Assembly (NCBI RefSeq): GCF_030253515.1
Contig: NZ_CP124549.1
Location: 690,001 to 722,000, forward strand
Direction of reading: 5' to 3'
Length of the DNA: 32,000 bases
DNA from: Candidatus Nanosynbacter lyticus
Lineage (GTDB): Bacteria; Patescibacteriota; Saccharimonadia; Saccharimonadales; Saccharimonadaceae
Made by a program: the position numbers and the translations under genes. The notes under the pieces were generated by a model. That model was not told the origin of the DNA, ran no database searches, and was given only the letters and a program-made list of their open reading frames with translations. This document shows, in pieces, positions 18,373 to 26,648 of the stretch (position 1 is the stretch's first letter; each line of letters opens with the position of its first letter).

Positions 18373-18435
18373 TCATCCAAAAGACAGCACAATAGCCATC
18401 ACGATACCTACCATAAATAATCCTGCCTTTTTCAT
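18373..18435 (-). CDS. Candidate 20-aa hydrophobic peptide (MKKAGLFMVGIVMAIVLSFG)
   Basis: Translated by hand. TATAAT (18452-18457, minus strand) and the SD agaaagaaggg lie upstream of the ATG at 18435. It sits in a 536-bp stretch with no other convincing gene. A 20-codon ORF can arise by chance. Confidence 0.25.
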   Translation of the reverse strand: MKKAGLFMVGIVMAIVLSFG

Positions 18436-18588
18436 ATCCCTTCTTTCTGATATTATACGACAGCACCGACTACACAAAAATAAGCTATTATTGTCAAGCA
18501 AAGCTTAGTTGGCCGCAAGCTTTACAACTCTCTTTCAGCGATCAGGCCACGCCATAGCTTACATTATCACGGTTCACCGACAAATTAC

Positions 18589-19497
18589 TTATGAGAGCGC
18601 CAGCTCGCCAATATGCCTCCAAAACTGACGCAGATCCTTAACGTCTACGCCTTCAATATCGTAGTTTGAAAGCACACCATGCCACGTGCTGGGCACAGCG
18701 CTCTTATCTAGTAGACGGTACTTGCTGAACACAAAACCATGCGGTAGCCATGCCATGCTTATGACATCATCGTTGGCACATGGATATTCCAATATAGGAA
18801 AAGAGCAATCATATGTATCAACAATATTTCCTGGATCAATTGCTCCATAATGCTTCCACTCCCCATAGCAAAAATCAAAACCTAGTGGCAGAAGAGCCAT
18901 TTCGACACCCTCTCCCCCCTTATCTCTAGATGTCCGCATCTCCTCTACAAATGAATCCAGCGCTTGACGAGCAAGAATATCGAGCCAATCCGCCCCAAAC
19001 ATCATCGAGTCGAAATACTCGTCAATTTTTCTACAATCTTCTTTACTGAGGTTATTTGGGTCGGTTTTGGCAGTAGGCACCGTATCGTTTAAGTCACGAG
19101 GCGTGACGAGCATGGTGTCGATTGTTTTTAGCCGTGGATCTATAAATACCATTTTTGCGCCATAGTAACAGGCATTGCTCGGATAAAGGCTCGAAAATAC
19201 GAACTGGTCAAGACCAAAGTGGCAATCAAGCCTGTATGTATTAGTTCTACGGCCTGATAACTGACTGCTCGACAGTATCCCCATCTCCATGAACCGCCCA
19301 GGGAAATCACCTGAGTTAGTATAGTGCAAAAGTGGCAATCGCTCAAGACGTGCTCGTATCTCCCGAACAGCTAACTGCTCACCCTCTGATAAATCTCTCT
19401 GACTCTCCGGATGGTTATGAAAATTATCGCGCAATCGACCGGCATCAACATATTGCGCCATTCTTTCTGGTAGAACAAGCGCCTCGCTAGATGACAC
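18589..19497 (-). CDS. Hypothetical protein (302 aa), orphan
   Basis: GTG start with a gaaggat SD. Promoter TTGACA (19592-19597), 17-nt spacer, CATAAT (19569-19574) lies upstream. No motif I can name with confidence. Confidence 0.55.
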   Translation of the reverse strand: MSSSEALVLPERMAQYVDAGRLRDNFHNHPESQRDLSEGEQLAVREIRARLERLPLLHYTNSGDFPGRFMEMGILSSSQLSGRRTNTYRLDCHFGLDQFVFSSLYPSNACYYGAKMVFIDPRLKTIDTMLVTPRDLNDTVPTAKTDPNNLSKEDCRKIDEYFDSMMFGADWLDILARQALDSFVEEMRTSRDKGGEGVEMALLPLGFDFCYGEWKHYGAIDPGNIVDTYDCSFPILEYPCANDDVISMAWLPHGFVFSKYRLLDKSAVPSTWHGVLSNYDIEGVDVKDLRQFWRHIGELALS

Positions 19498-19699
19498 GCC
19501 GCCAATCCTTCTGGATCTTAAAACTGAGAAAGCCCATACAAAAACCTGCTAGCATCATAGTAAACTTAATTATGGTATAGCACTTACTTTTTGTCAAATG
19601 GGCCACCTGACCACATTGACCAAACTTTATCCCAGCCCTTTTCGCAACACGTATCCGCGGGGTGCTTTTGCAATTCAGTTAGGCCAATTGTTTGTGGAT

Positions 19700-20347
19700 T
19701 CATGGCTTACTCCTTATCACTAATTTACTCAACTGCCACACCACCATCACAATAGACCAGCCAAACAATACCACCTCCGACACCACCGTCAGCGGTACCG
19801 AGACTTCACCTGCATAGTATGTACCGACCATCTTTAGAAATGCAACACACACGCTCGTTAATATAACTATCCAAGATTTCGTAATGATCCCTGCCGCAGT
19901 AACAAATGCAGCCAACGCCAGTGCCATCCAGTGCAGTCCTGCGAACAGTTGACTCGCAGATAATACACTTATTTCTGGAGTAATCGGCAATCCATTCACC
20001 GGATAAACGAGGCGTCCGAGCGCCATCATCGCATGAAATGCACCAATTGCCACAACGATACCTAGAGCAAGCACGATACCCATGCCAACAGGATATCGCC
20101 CCCTCAGTTTAGAGTACAAAACCACGACGACAGCTAACAATATCGACGCTCCACATGCTAGCATTTCACCTGCCGCCTGCAAGACGACCTGATGTTGCTG
20201 CACCCACGCTAGCACACCTGGAGCGTTTGCTGAGGGTATCGGCAGTGACACTGCGATACTAATGCAAGCCGTGGCAAGCAAACCAAAGCTCATCAGCCAT
20301 ATAATATTACCGATATACGAAATATGCCGACTACTTTGTTTTACCAC
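19700..20347 (-). CDS. Polytopic membrane protein (215 aa), unknown function
   Basis: About 6-7 hydrophobic helices. GTG start preceded by an AAGGAG SD that lies in the tail of the chimeric lepA-derived small ORF. Confidence 0.55.
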   Translation of the reverse strand: MVKQSSRHISYIGNIIWLMSFGLLATACISIAVSLPIPSANAPGVLAWVQQHQVVLQAAGEMLACGASILLAVVVVLYSKLRGRYPVGMGIVLALGIVVAIGAFHAMMALGRLVYPVNGLPITPEISVLSASQLFAGLHWMALALAAFVTAAGIITKSWIVILTSVCVAFLKMVGTYYAGEVSVPLTVVSEVVLFGWSIVMVVWQLSKLVIRSKP

Positions 20348-20351
20348 CCTC

Positions 20352-20492
20352 TCACTCCTTCGTCATATATTTCTTTAGCGTCACCGTATCGCCCACCCGC
20401 GCTTCACGGGTGGTTTTTAGGTTGGTGACGATGTAGCCGGGTAGCGGTGTTTCCTTTCCGGAATATTCAGTCACCCCAATTGCTCCATACAT
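20352..20492 (-). CDS. Chimeric 46-aa ORF: 18 novel residues fused in frame to the duplicated lepA segment
   Basis: [46 protein letters not shown]. The underlying promoter is TTGTCA (20522-20527), a 17-nt spacer, TACTAT (20499-20504), then 6 nt to the ATG at 20492. Probably a by-product of the rearrangement rather than a gene. Confidence 0.3.
   Translation of the reverse strand: MYGAIGVTEYSGKETPLPGYIVTNLKTTREARVGDTVTLKKYMTKE
20370..20438. repeat. 69-bp direct repeat of the lepA domain II end, internal copy
   Basis: 66 of 69 nt are identical to 21235-21303. In the lepA frame it encodes [23 protein letters not shown]. All 3 differences are synonymous Leu codon changes. Confidence 0.9.
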
Positions 20493-20539
20493 AATGCTAT
20501 AGTATTTTATTTTATAAATAATGACAACTCACTCTTAAC

Positions 20540-21220
20540 TCACTGCGCCTTCGGCAAAAAACCGCGCGCTACGAGCGCCCGCCAAGCCGTGTCCGCCGAG
20601 GTGGATGGTGGCTGCGGCGTTGAAAATCCCTTATCGGGATAGCTCTTTATTCGCTCATAATCGCCTAGCATCAACGTCAACATCATGGCGGCACTGCCAT
20701 AGGTTACCTCATATAACTGATAATATGCCTCTACTGTTGTCGGCTGACTAGTCACATACAGTCGCGGCCGCGGGTGCGGCCACTGAGCCTCGGCGGTTGC
20801 CAAAAATCGACGCGTCATATACGGTTTATGGATTAAAATGATATCCTCAGCCTGAATCGCCGCCCCCGCCAGCAACTGAGCCGAACGAGTGATATTTTCG
20901 CCGGTATTAGCGGCTTGGTGTTCAAACAGGATTGCCGATTTCGGCACCGCCAAACGTTGGAGTCGTCGCCCCAGCAGTGTCGCTTCGGTTTCTGTCGCCC
21001 CATGATAGGGATTAGCAAATCCCGACACCACAATCCATGAGCTAATGCCCGCATGATATAACTCGGCCGCTCGCTCGGCACTATCGATCATAGCTCCCGC
21101 ACCGCCGATCACGATAGCATCCGCCCGCGCCGGCAGCCGACTCTCAACGCAAAGATACTCCCACAATACCTGGAGGTGATGCCAGTCTTGATCGGTGAGG
21201 GTTAGCTGGCTACGCGGCAT
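20540..21220 (-). CDS. DUF218 / YdcF-family protein
   Basis: AIVIGGAG...WIVVSG...EATLLGRRL...[19 protein letters not shown]...[12 protein letters not shown] follows the DUF218 (YdcF/SanA-like) pattern. The ATG lies 14 nt past the end of the repeated lepA segment and overlaps the out-of-frame tail of the lepA N-half ORF. Confidence 0.65.
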   Translation of the reverse strand: MPRSQLTLTDQDWHHLQVLWEYLCVESRLPARADAIVIGGAGAMIDSAERAAELYHAGISSWIVVSGFANPYHGATETEATLLGRRLQRLAVPKSAILFEHQAANTGENITRSAQLLAGAAIQAEDIILIHKPYMTRRFLATAEAQWPHPRPRLYVTSQPTTVEAYYQLYEVTYGSAAMMLTLMLGDYERIKSYPDKGFSTPQPPSTSADTAWRALVARGFLPKAQ

Positions 21221-22191
21221 GTATACGCTCTTGGTTTCTTCAACGTCACCGTATCGCCCACCCGCGCTTCACGGGTGGTTTTCAGGTTGGTGACGATGTA
21301 GCCAATTTCGCCAGTGTCCAGCGACGGGTCGGGGATCATACCGGGACTGAGATGGCCAACCTCCAATGCCAACCCATTCGCACTGGTCGCCATCATATGA
21401 ATCGCTTCACCCTTTTTGATCTGACCATCCACCAGCCGCACGTACAAAATCACGCCGCGATAATCATCATAATAACTATCAAAAATTAGCGCCCGAGTTG
21501 GGAGATCAGCCAACGCAACATCAGGATGCTCGACCGCCAGTGGCGAAGTCGGCGCCGGGATTCGCTCAACGATCGCCGCCAAAACTTGATCGACATTCTG
21601 CCCGGTTTTGGCGGAAATATGAATAATCTCGCTTTCATCGCAGCCCAGCAGATTAATCACCTGCTTGGACACCCGTGGCACATCGGCAGCCGGCAAATCA
21701 ACTTTGTTCAGCGCTGGGATAATTATCAAATCCTGCTCCATCGCCAAGTACACATTCGCCAGCGTCTGCGCCTGAATACCCTGGCTAGCGTCAACCACCA
21801 ATACCGCCCCTTCGCAGGCCTGCAAACTACGCGACACCTCATAGCTAAAATCGACATGGCCAGGTGTGTCGATGAGGTTAAGGTCGTAAGACCCAGCTAG
21901 TGGCAATCCTTCCGATGAATCGATAGCCCTGTCGCTGGCGTTGCCTGCGACATTCGATTGAGAGGAAGTGATTGCCGCTGGCTGGCGGTAGTGATACTTC
22001 ATCCGCACCGGCGCGAGCTTAATCGTAATCCCCTTCTCACGTTCCAAATCCATACTATCCAGCAGCTGCGACTTCATCTCGCGCTTCTCCACCGTCCCCG
22101 TCATCTCCATCATCCTATCCGCCAGCGTCGACTTGCCGTGGTCGATGTGGGCAATGATGCAAAAATTACGAATACTGGTCAGCGGTTTCAT
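21202..22191 (-). CDS. lepA: Translation elongation factor 4 (LepA), N-terminal half (G domain plus domain II), truncated
   Basis: [34 protein letters not shown] and SAKTG are the G motifs. Domain II ends in [10 protein letters not shown]. An extra segment of about 26 aa ([33 protein letters not shown]) precedes DTPGH relative to E. coli LepA. The start overlaps the murJ stop (TGATG). Confidence 0.9.
   Translation of the reverse strand: MKPLTSIRNFCIIAHIDHGKSTLADRMMEMTGTVEKREMKSQLLDSMDLEREKGITIKLAPVRMKYHYRQPAAITSSQSNVAGNASDRAIDSSEGLPLAGSYDLNLIDTPGHVDFSYEVSRSLQACEGAVLVVDASQGIQAQTLANVYLAMEQDLIIIPALNKVDLPAADVPRVSKQVINLLGCDESEIIHISAKTGQNVDQVLAAIVERIPAPTSPLAVEHPDVALADLPTRALIFDSYYDDYRGVILYVRLVDGQIKKGEAIHMMATSANGLALEVGHLSPGMIPDPSLDTGEIGYIVTNLKTTREARVGDTVTLKKPRAYTCRVAS
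21235..21303. repeat. 69-bp direct repeat, copy contiguous with the lepA N-terminal half
   Basis: Partner of 20370-20438. It forms the last authentic lepA codons (…[23 protein letters not shown]) before 12 unrelated codons and a stop. Confidence 0.9.
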
Positions 22192-23852
22192 CAGCGCCTC
22201 AACTTACTCATATCAAATCGCGAAAACAGCAGACGTTTCATTCGCGCCAAGACCGGGTCGATCTCTGGCAACTTTAGCCACTTGGACAGCGCGCCATACA
22301 CGACAAAATTGAAAATCGTAATCGCCCCAAACTTGGGCAGCGCCCCCAAAAAGCTATCGTCTGAGGCCCGGAACGGAATTACTAACACGCTGACGTAGCA
22401 CGCCACTGCTAGTGGCACCGCGGCTAACGCCATCTTGGCGACCGCTTTGACAAACGTCGCGTCAAACAGCTGTGGCATGCGCCGACCTAAAATGACGCAC
22501 AAAATCACCACCTCAACAAAGGCGACAATTGACTGCGCCCATGCCAGGCCATACGGGCCAAGCTTCGCATAGTAGCCAAGTATCACGGCCAGCGCCACAT
22601 TCAACACAATCGCAAAAATCGACACATACATCGGTGTCTTGGTATCCTGCTGTGCATAAAATCCGCGCGCCACCATGTGATACACCGTCCTGAATAAAAT
22701 TGCCATTACCAGACAACCGAGAATGTTCGCCATAACCGGATCGCCGTTATTATTGATAAAGTGCACCACGTAGCCACGCGCGAAAAACGTCACCACACAA
22801 ATCGGGATAATCATCCAAATCACCGTCCTGAGGAATGACCGCAGATCTCTACGAAATAGATCCGGACGCTCCGAGGCGAGGCGTTCAGTTAGCTGCGGAA
22901 AGGCAGCGTTGGAAATAGCAACGCCGATGAGGTTGATCGGCATCATGTGTAGTGTCAATGCTTGATTATAACGACGAATAATACCATCACCCATCCGCGA
23001 CGCCAAGTTAACTTCGGCTAGGCTGACCACATAATCCATTCCCTGATCAATCGAGCGCGCCGGCAGCAGCGACAAAACTTTACGAAAGCCGCGATTGCGC
23101 CAATAAATCTTGAAATCATAATCAAAACCGAGTCCGATTAGCCCGACCGCACTGACGATGAGCTGCAGCACCGATCCGAGCACCACGCCAAGCGCCACGC
23201 CCATAATGCCGCCGTCAAAAATTTGCCAGCCGAACAGGTTGATGCCGTTGGTGAACCACAACGTACCGATGATAATCCCGACATTGTACAGCATCGGCGC
23301 CAGCGCATAGAAGGTGAAGCGACCGACCGCTTGCTGGATGCTAGCAATCACCGCTGCCACCGCAAAGATCAGCGGATTTACCGCGATCACTCGCATCATA
23401 CTGACCGCCAATGCGTGACCAGCCTCGCTTAGCCCCGGCGCGATCAGATATTTCATCAGCGGATCAGCAAAAATGATGATTAGAACGCTCGTCACCAGCG
23501 TCACCAGCGCCATGAGATTGATCATGCTCGAACTAATTTGCCAGGCTGATTGCTTGTTGCCCTTGATCCAGCGCTCGTTAAATACCGGTATGAAGGTAAC
23601 GCTCAGCGCCCCCGACACCAAAATCGCAAACATGAAATCCGGCACCATGAACGCCGCCGTATAGGCGTCCAGCCCGACTGGATAGCCAGCCAAGTGAGCC
23701 TTCTCGTTGGGAAAATACGCCGCATTCAAAAAGCGATCGCGCAGCAGCCCCAGCAAGCTTGACAGCAACATCGAGCTCGCTAAAATCGTGGCGGCTAACT
23801 TGACTGTCAGCCGCTGATTGATCTTGTTGACAACATTACGAACGCGCCCCAT
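22191..23852 (-). CDS. murJ: Lipid II flippase MurJ (MviN family)
   Basis: 553 aa with about 14 TM helices. The N-terminal [14 protein letters not shown]... and [24 protein letters not shown] are typical of MurJ. Confidence 0.85.
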   Translation of the reverse strand: MGRVRNVVNKINQRLTVKLAATILASSMLLSSLLGLLRDRFLNAAYFPNEKAHLAGYPVGLDAYTAAFMVPDFMFAILVSGALSVTFIPVFNERWIKGNKQSAWQISSSMINLMALVTLVTSVLIIIFADPLMKYLIAPGLSEAGHALAVSMMRVIAVNPLIFAVAAVIASIQQAVGRFTFYALAPMLYNVGIIIGTLWFTNGINLFGWQIFDGGIMGVALGVVLGSVLQLIVSAVGLIGLGFDYDFKIYWRNRGFRKVLSLLPARSIDQGMDYVVSLAEVNLASRMGDGIIRRYNQALTLHMMPINLIGVAISNAAFPQLTERLASERPDLFRRDLRSFLRTVIWMIIPICVVTFFARGYVVHFINNNGDPVMANILGCLVMAILFRTVYHMVARGFYAQQDTKTPMYVSIFAIVLNVALAVILGYYAKLGPYGLAWAQSIVAFVEVVILCVILGRRMPQLFDATFVKAVAKMALAAVPLAVACYVSVLVIPFRASDDSFLGALPKFGAITIFNFVVYGALSKWLKLPEIDPVLARMKRLLFSRFDMSKLRR

Positions 23853-23858
23853 ACCAAT

Positions 23859-25727
23859 TTATGCGTGCAGTTTTGCTTCCTTTGGCAGTTTCGTCCCCGA
23901 AAGAATCTCGTCCACCGCCGCTTCTTCTAATGTCTCATCTTTGAGCAGCGCCTCAGCCAATTTATCGAGGAACGGACGATTGGCTTTGAGCACCAGCATT
24001 GCCCGTTGTTTGGCCTCGGTGATCAGCTGCGACACTTCCTGATCGATCAGTTTAGCAGTCTCATCCGAGTACGGCCGCTCGCGAGTCATCTTATCAAACA
24101 TCAGCCCGCCGTTGTCTTCGTGAAATACTTGGTCGCGTAGGCCCTTACCCATACCCTGCTCGATGATCATATCACGGGCAATCTCGGTGGCTTTACGCAG
24201 GTCTGAGCCAGCACCGGTGGTGATACCATCATCACCGTAAATAATTTGCTCGGCAATTCGGCCGCCCATGGCCCGAGCCAAGATATCCTTGAACTCATAA
24301 ACATTAGTGTAGCTCTTATCCTCTGGCGGCAAGAACCAGGTGACACCGCCGGTGCCGCCGCGCGGAATGATCGTCACTTTGTGAACTGGGTCGGAGTCCG
24401 GCAAGACATGACCGACGATGGCGTGGCCAGCTTCATGATACGCCGTCAATTCCTTCTCATGGTCGTTCATCACCTTGGCTTTGCGCTCTGGGCCGATAGC
24501 CACCCGCTCGAACGCCTCGGTCAACTCCTCGTTGGTAATTTTCTTCTTGTTACGGCGTGCAGCGATAATTGCTGCTTCATTGGCGATATTAGCGAGATCC
24601 GCCCCCGATGAGCCAGCTGTCTTGGCGGCCAATTTATCGAGGTCAACTGTCTCGTCGGTTGGCTTTTTCTTGAAATGAACTTTCAGAATCGCCTCGCGGT
24701 CTTTGCGCTCCGGCAGGGTAATTGTCACTCGCCGATCAAACCGACCCGGCCGCAGCAATGCTGGGTCCAGCACGTCCGCTCGGTTGGTCGCCGCTAGCAC
24801 GATCACATTAGTGTCGCCGTCAAAGCCATCCATCTCCACTAGAATCTGGTTCAAGGTCTGCTCGCGCTCATCGTGTCCGCCACCCATACCCGAGCCGCGC
24901 TTGCGGCCCACCGCGTCAATCTCGTCGATAAAGATGATGCACGGCGCATTTTTCTTAGCTTTAGAAAAGAGATCGCGCACCCGGCTGGCCCCAACGCCGA
25001 CGAACATCTCCACAAACTCCGAACCAGAAATCGAGAAGAACGGCACGCCTGCCTCACCAGCCACTGCCCGTGCCAGCATAGTTTTACCGGTACCCGGATT
25101 ACCGACTAGCAAGACGCCCTTCGGAATCTTAGCACCCAGCTCCTTGTATTTTTTCGGGTGCTTCAGGAAATCGACAACCTCTTGCAAATCCTGCTTGGCG
25201 TTATCATTGCCAGCAATATCCTCAAACACAATTTTCTCTTTATCCTCGCCATACAGCCGTGCCTTTGACTTACCAAAGCCCATCGCTTGATTATTCTGCC
25301 CCTGCGCCTGGCGCATCATGAACATGAAGAATATCACGATGATCACCACCGGCACGATCGTCACCGTCAGACTCCACAGCACCTCACCGGTTTGCGATGG
25401 CGGCAGAACATTGATCTCAACCTTGGCGTCTTTGTTCAAACCTTGCTCATAAATCGTACTACCGGATTCCTTGACTGATTTCTCGGTCGGCTGTTTTTGG
25501 CCTTTGGGGGTAATTTTCAGATCGTTGCCCTGGATATCGATCTTGGCAATTTCTCCAGCATTTGCCCGGCGCACTACGTCAGTCAACGCCACATTCTTCA
25601 AATTGCTATTTGGTGACAGCGCCGCGTACACTGCCAGCCCAAGAAACACAATGATTGCCCAAAACAACCCCAGTCGAGCAACCTGCCCGACCCCTTTCTT
25701 AGTATTCTTTGGCGTCTTTCCTGCCAT
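23859..25727 (-). CDS. ftsH: ATP-dependent zinc metalloprotease FtsH
   Basis: Two N-terminal TM helices, Walker A GNPGTGKT, Walker [12 protein letters not shown] motif [19 protein letters not shown], and zinc site HEAGHA. Confidence 0.95.
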   Translation of the reverse strand: MAGKTPKNTKKGVGQVARLGLFWAIIVFLGLAVYAALSPNSNLKNVALTDVVRRANAGEIAKIDIQGNDLKITPKGQKQPTEKSVKESGSTIYEQGLNKDAKVEINVLPPSQTGEVLWSLTVTIVPVVIIVIFFMFMMRQAQGQNNQAMGFGKSKARLYGEDKEKIVFEDIAGNDNAKQDLQEVVDFLKHPKKYKELGAKIPKGVLLVGNPGTGKTMLARAVAGEAGVPFFSISGSEFVEMFVGVGASRVRDLFSKAKKNAPCIIFIDEIDAVGRKRGSGMGGGHDEREQTLNQILVEMDGFDGDTNVIVLAATNRADVLDPALLRPGRFDRRVTITLPERKDREAILKVHFKKKPTDETVDLDKLAAKTAGSSGADLANIANEAAIIAARRNKKKITNEELTEAFERVAIGPERKAKVMNDHEKELTAYHEAGHAIVGHVLPDSDPVHKVTIIPRGGTGGVTWFLPPEDKSYTNVYEFKDILARAMGGRIAEQIIYGDDGITTGAGSDLRKATEIARDMIIEQGMGKGLRDQVFHEDNGGLMFDKMTRERPYSDETAKLIDQEVSQLITEAKQRAMLVLKANRPFLDKLAEALLKDETLEEAAVDEILSGTKLPKEAKLHA

Positions 25728-25754
25728 ACGTCACATAATCCTTTCTCTTTCGTC

Positions 25755-26600
25755 CTAGCGAGTCACTCGTTTTATTGTAACACTTTCTACGGATAATTTC
25801 ACCCGCACACCGCCGGCCGGCTGCCACACCGTTCCTGCGCGGCCAGTTTTGATGGCGATCAGCAGTCGATCCAGCTGTGCTGAGAGCAGCGACACACCAG
25901 TCAGTCGCTGCACCTCTCGGTGGAGTAGCTCACACGCTGGCTCAATCGGAATATGCGTCCAAAAATAACGACTACTGAGGCGTGGTGACAGCCGCAATGT
26001 CTCTCGGTCAATTGCTCGGTGTAGCTGCCACTGCTGGCGCCATAACTGACCAAGTATTGCGCGCTGCTCGTCGGTCAATTTCGCTTGCAGCTGTCGGCGC
26101 AGCTGATTACGTAGATAAGCGTCTGATTGATTCGTCGCGTCCTCTACCCATTCCAGCCGGTGGCGCAGCGCGTAGTCATATATGTCGTGCTTCGTCCATT
26201 CCAATAGCGGCCGCTCGATCCGCTGATCACCCATCACCGCCAAACCCCGCCAGCGCGTACCACGCTGCAGATTGAGCGCTATCGTCTCAATCACGTCATC
26301 CTGGTGATGGGCCGTCGTCACCCGTCCACCCCACCGTGCCGCCGCGTCAAAGAGAAATTGATACCGCCGCTGACGTGCCGTATCCTCACTGGCTGTCGCG
26401 CCTAACTCCTCACGCCTCGTAACATATGGCACCTTATACCGGCGCGCCAGCCCCGCCACAAACCGCGCATCAGCCGCCGATTCTGCCCGAATTCCATGAT
26501 CAAAGTGAGCCACTGCTATCTCATCCTGCCCATGCCGTACTACACTGTCGAGGAGCACCACACTGTCCACTCCACCCGATACCGCAATCAGTCGCCTCAT
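25755..26600 (-). CDS. tilS: tRNA(Ile)-lysidine synthetase TilS
   Basis: PP-loop AVSGGVDS, conserved AHFDHGIR and TAHHQDD. It lies upstream of ftsH, as in many Gram-positive-type genomes. Start taken at MRRLIAV (26600), which has TGtCATAAT 6 nt upstream. Confidence 0.85.
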   Translation of the reverse strand: MRRLIAVSGGVDSVVLLDSVVRHGQDEIAVAHFDHGIRAESAADARFVAGLARRYKVPYVTRREELGATASEDTARQRRYQFLFDAAARWGGRVTTAHHQDDVIETIALNLQRGTRWRGLAVMGDQRIERPLLEWTKHDIYDYALRHRLEWVEDATNQSDAYLRNQLRRQLQAKLTDEQRAILGQLWRQQWQLHRAIDRETLRLSPRLSSRYFWTHIPIEPACELLHREVQRLTGVSLLSAQLDRLLIAIKTGRAGTVWQPAGGVRVKLSVESVTIKRVTR

Positions 26601-26648
26601 GAGGATATTATGACACACAGCGCAAAGTTACGTGATACAATAATCACT
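26601..26648. promoter_or_regulatory. 48-bp divergent promoter region between tilS and the SGNH hydrolase gene
   Basis: Holds TGtCATAAT (26607-26615, minus strand, 6 nt from the tilS ATG) and TGaTACAAT (26633-26641, plus strand, 7 nt from the ATG at 26649). Each -35 region would overlap the other promoter's -10 box. Confidence 0.5.

Larger units (their letters stand above)
12671..21234 (-). mobile_element. Compound 8.56-kb insertion (genomic island) splitting lepA; no recognisable recombinase
   Basis: It lies between the two lepA halves. It divides into island A (12671-20361, TATGAC at both ends, about 45 percent GC in one 60-nt line counted by hand) and island B (20439-21234, flanked by 69-bp direct repeats; two 60-nt lines counted by hand gave about 48 and 62 percent GC). 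One line counted in the flanking murJ gene gave about 55 percent. Confidence 0.6.

Noticed and set aside
18101-18466. 121-aa minus-strand ORF in the large island gap.
   Set aside because: It is rich in Arg, Tyr and Gly, has no SD or promoter-coupled start, and overlaps the better-signalled 20-aa ORF. Treated as non-coding.
18589-19497. The 302-aa orphan as an ADP-ribosyltransferase or DarT-like toxin, based on LLHYTNSG and FVFSSLY.
   Set aside because: These are only vague resemblances to H-Y-E clade motifs. No convincing catalytic Glu context is present, so I do not make this call.
12671-20361. Search for terminal inverted repeats, an integrase, a transposase or phage genes that would define island A as a classical mobile element.
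   Set aside because: The two ends (GAAGGAGTGAGAGG... and ...GGTAGGCAGT) show no inverted-repeat relationship. No ORF has tyrosine or serine recombinase, DDE, or HUH motifs that I can recognise. The mobility mechanism is left open.
20439-20455. PLPGY is encoded just upstream of the internal lepA repeat. It matches the PLPGY of the lepA C-half with synonymous codon differences (ccgctacccggctac versus ccgttgcctggctac).
   Set aside because: The GY belongs to the repeat itself, so only three extra residues match, and the flanking residues (VTEYSGKET versus YMTEKITVQ) do not align. It may be a remnant of a foreign lepA allele or of a tandem duplication junction, but it is too short to claim.
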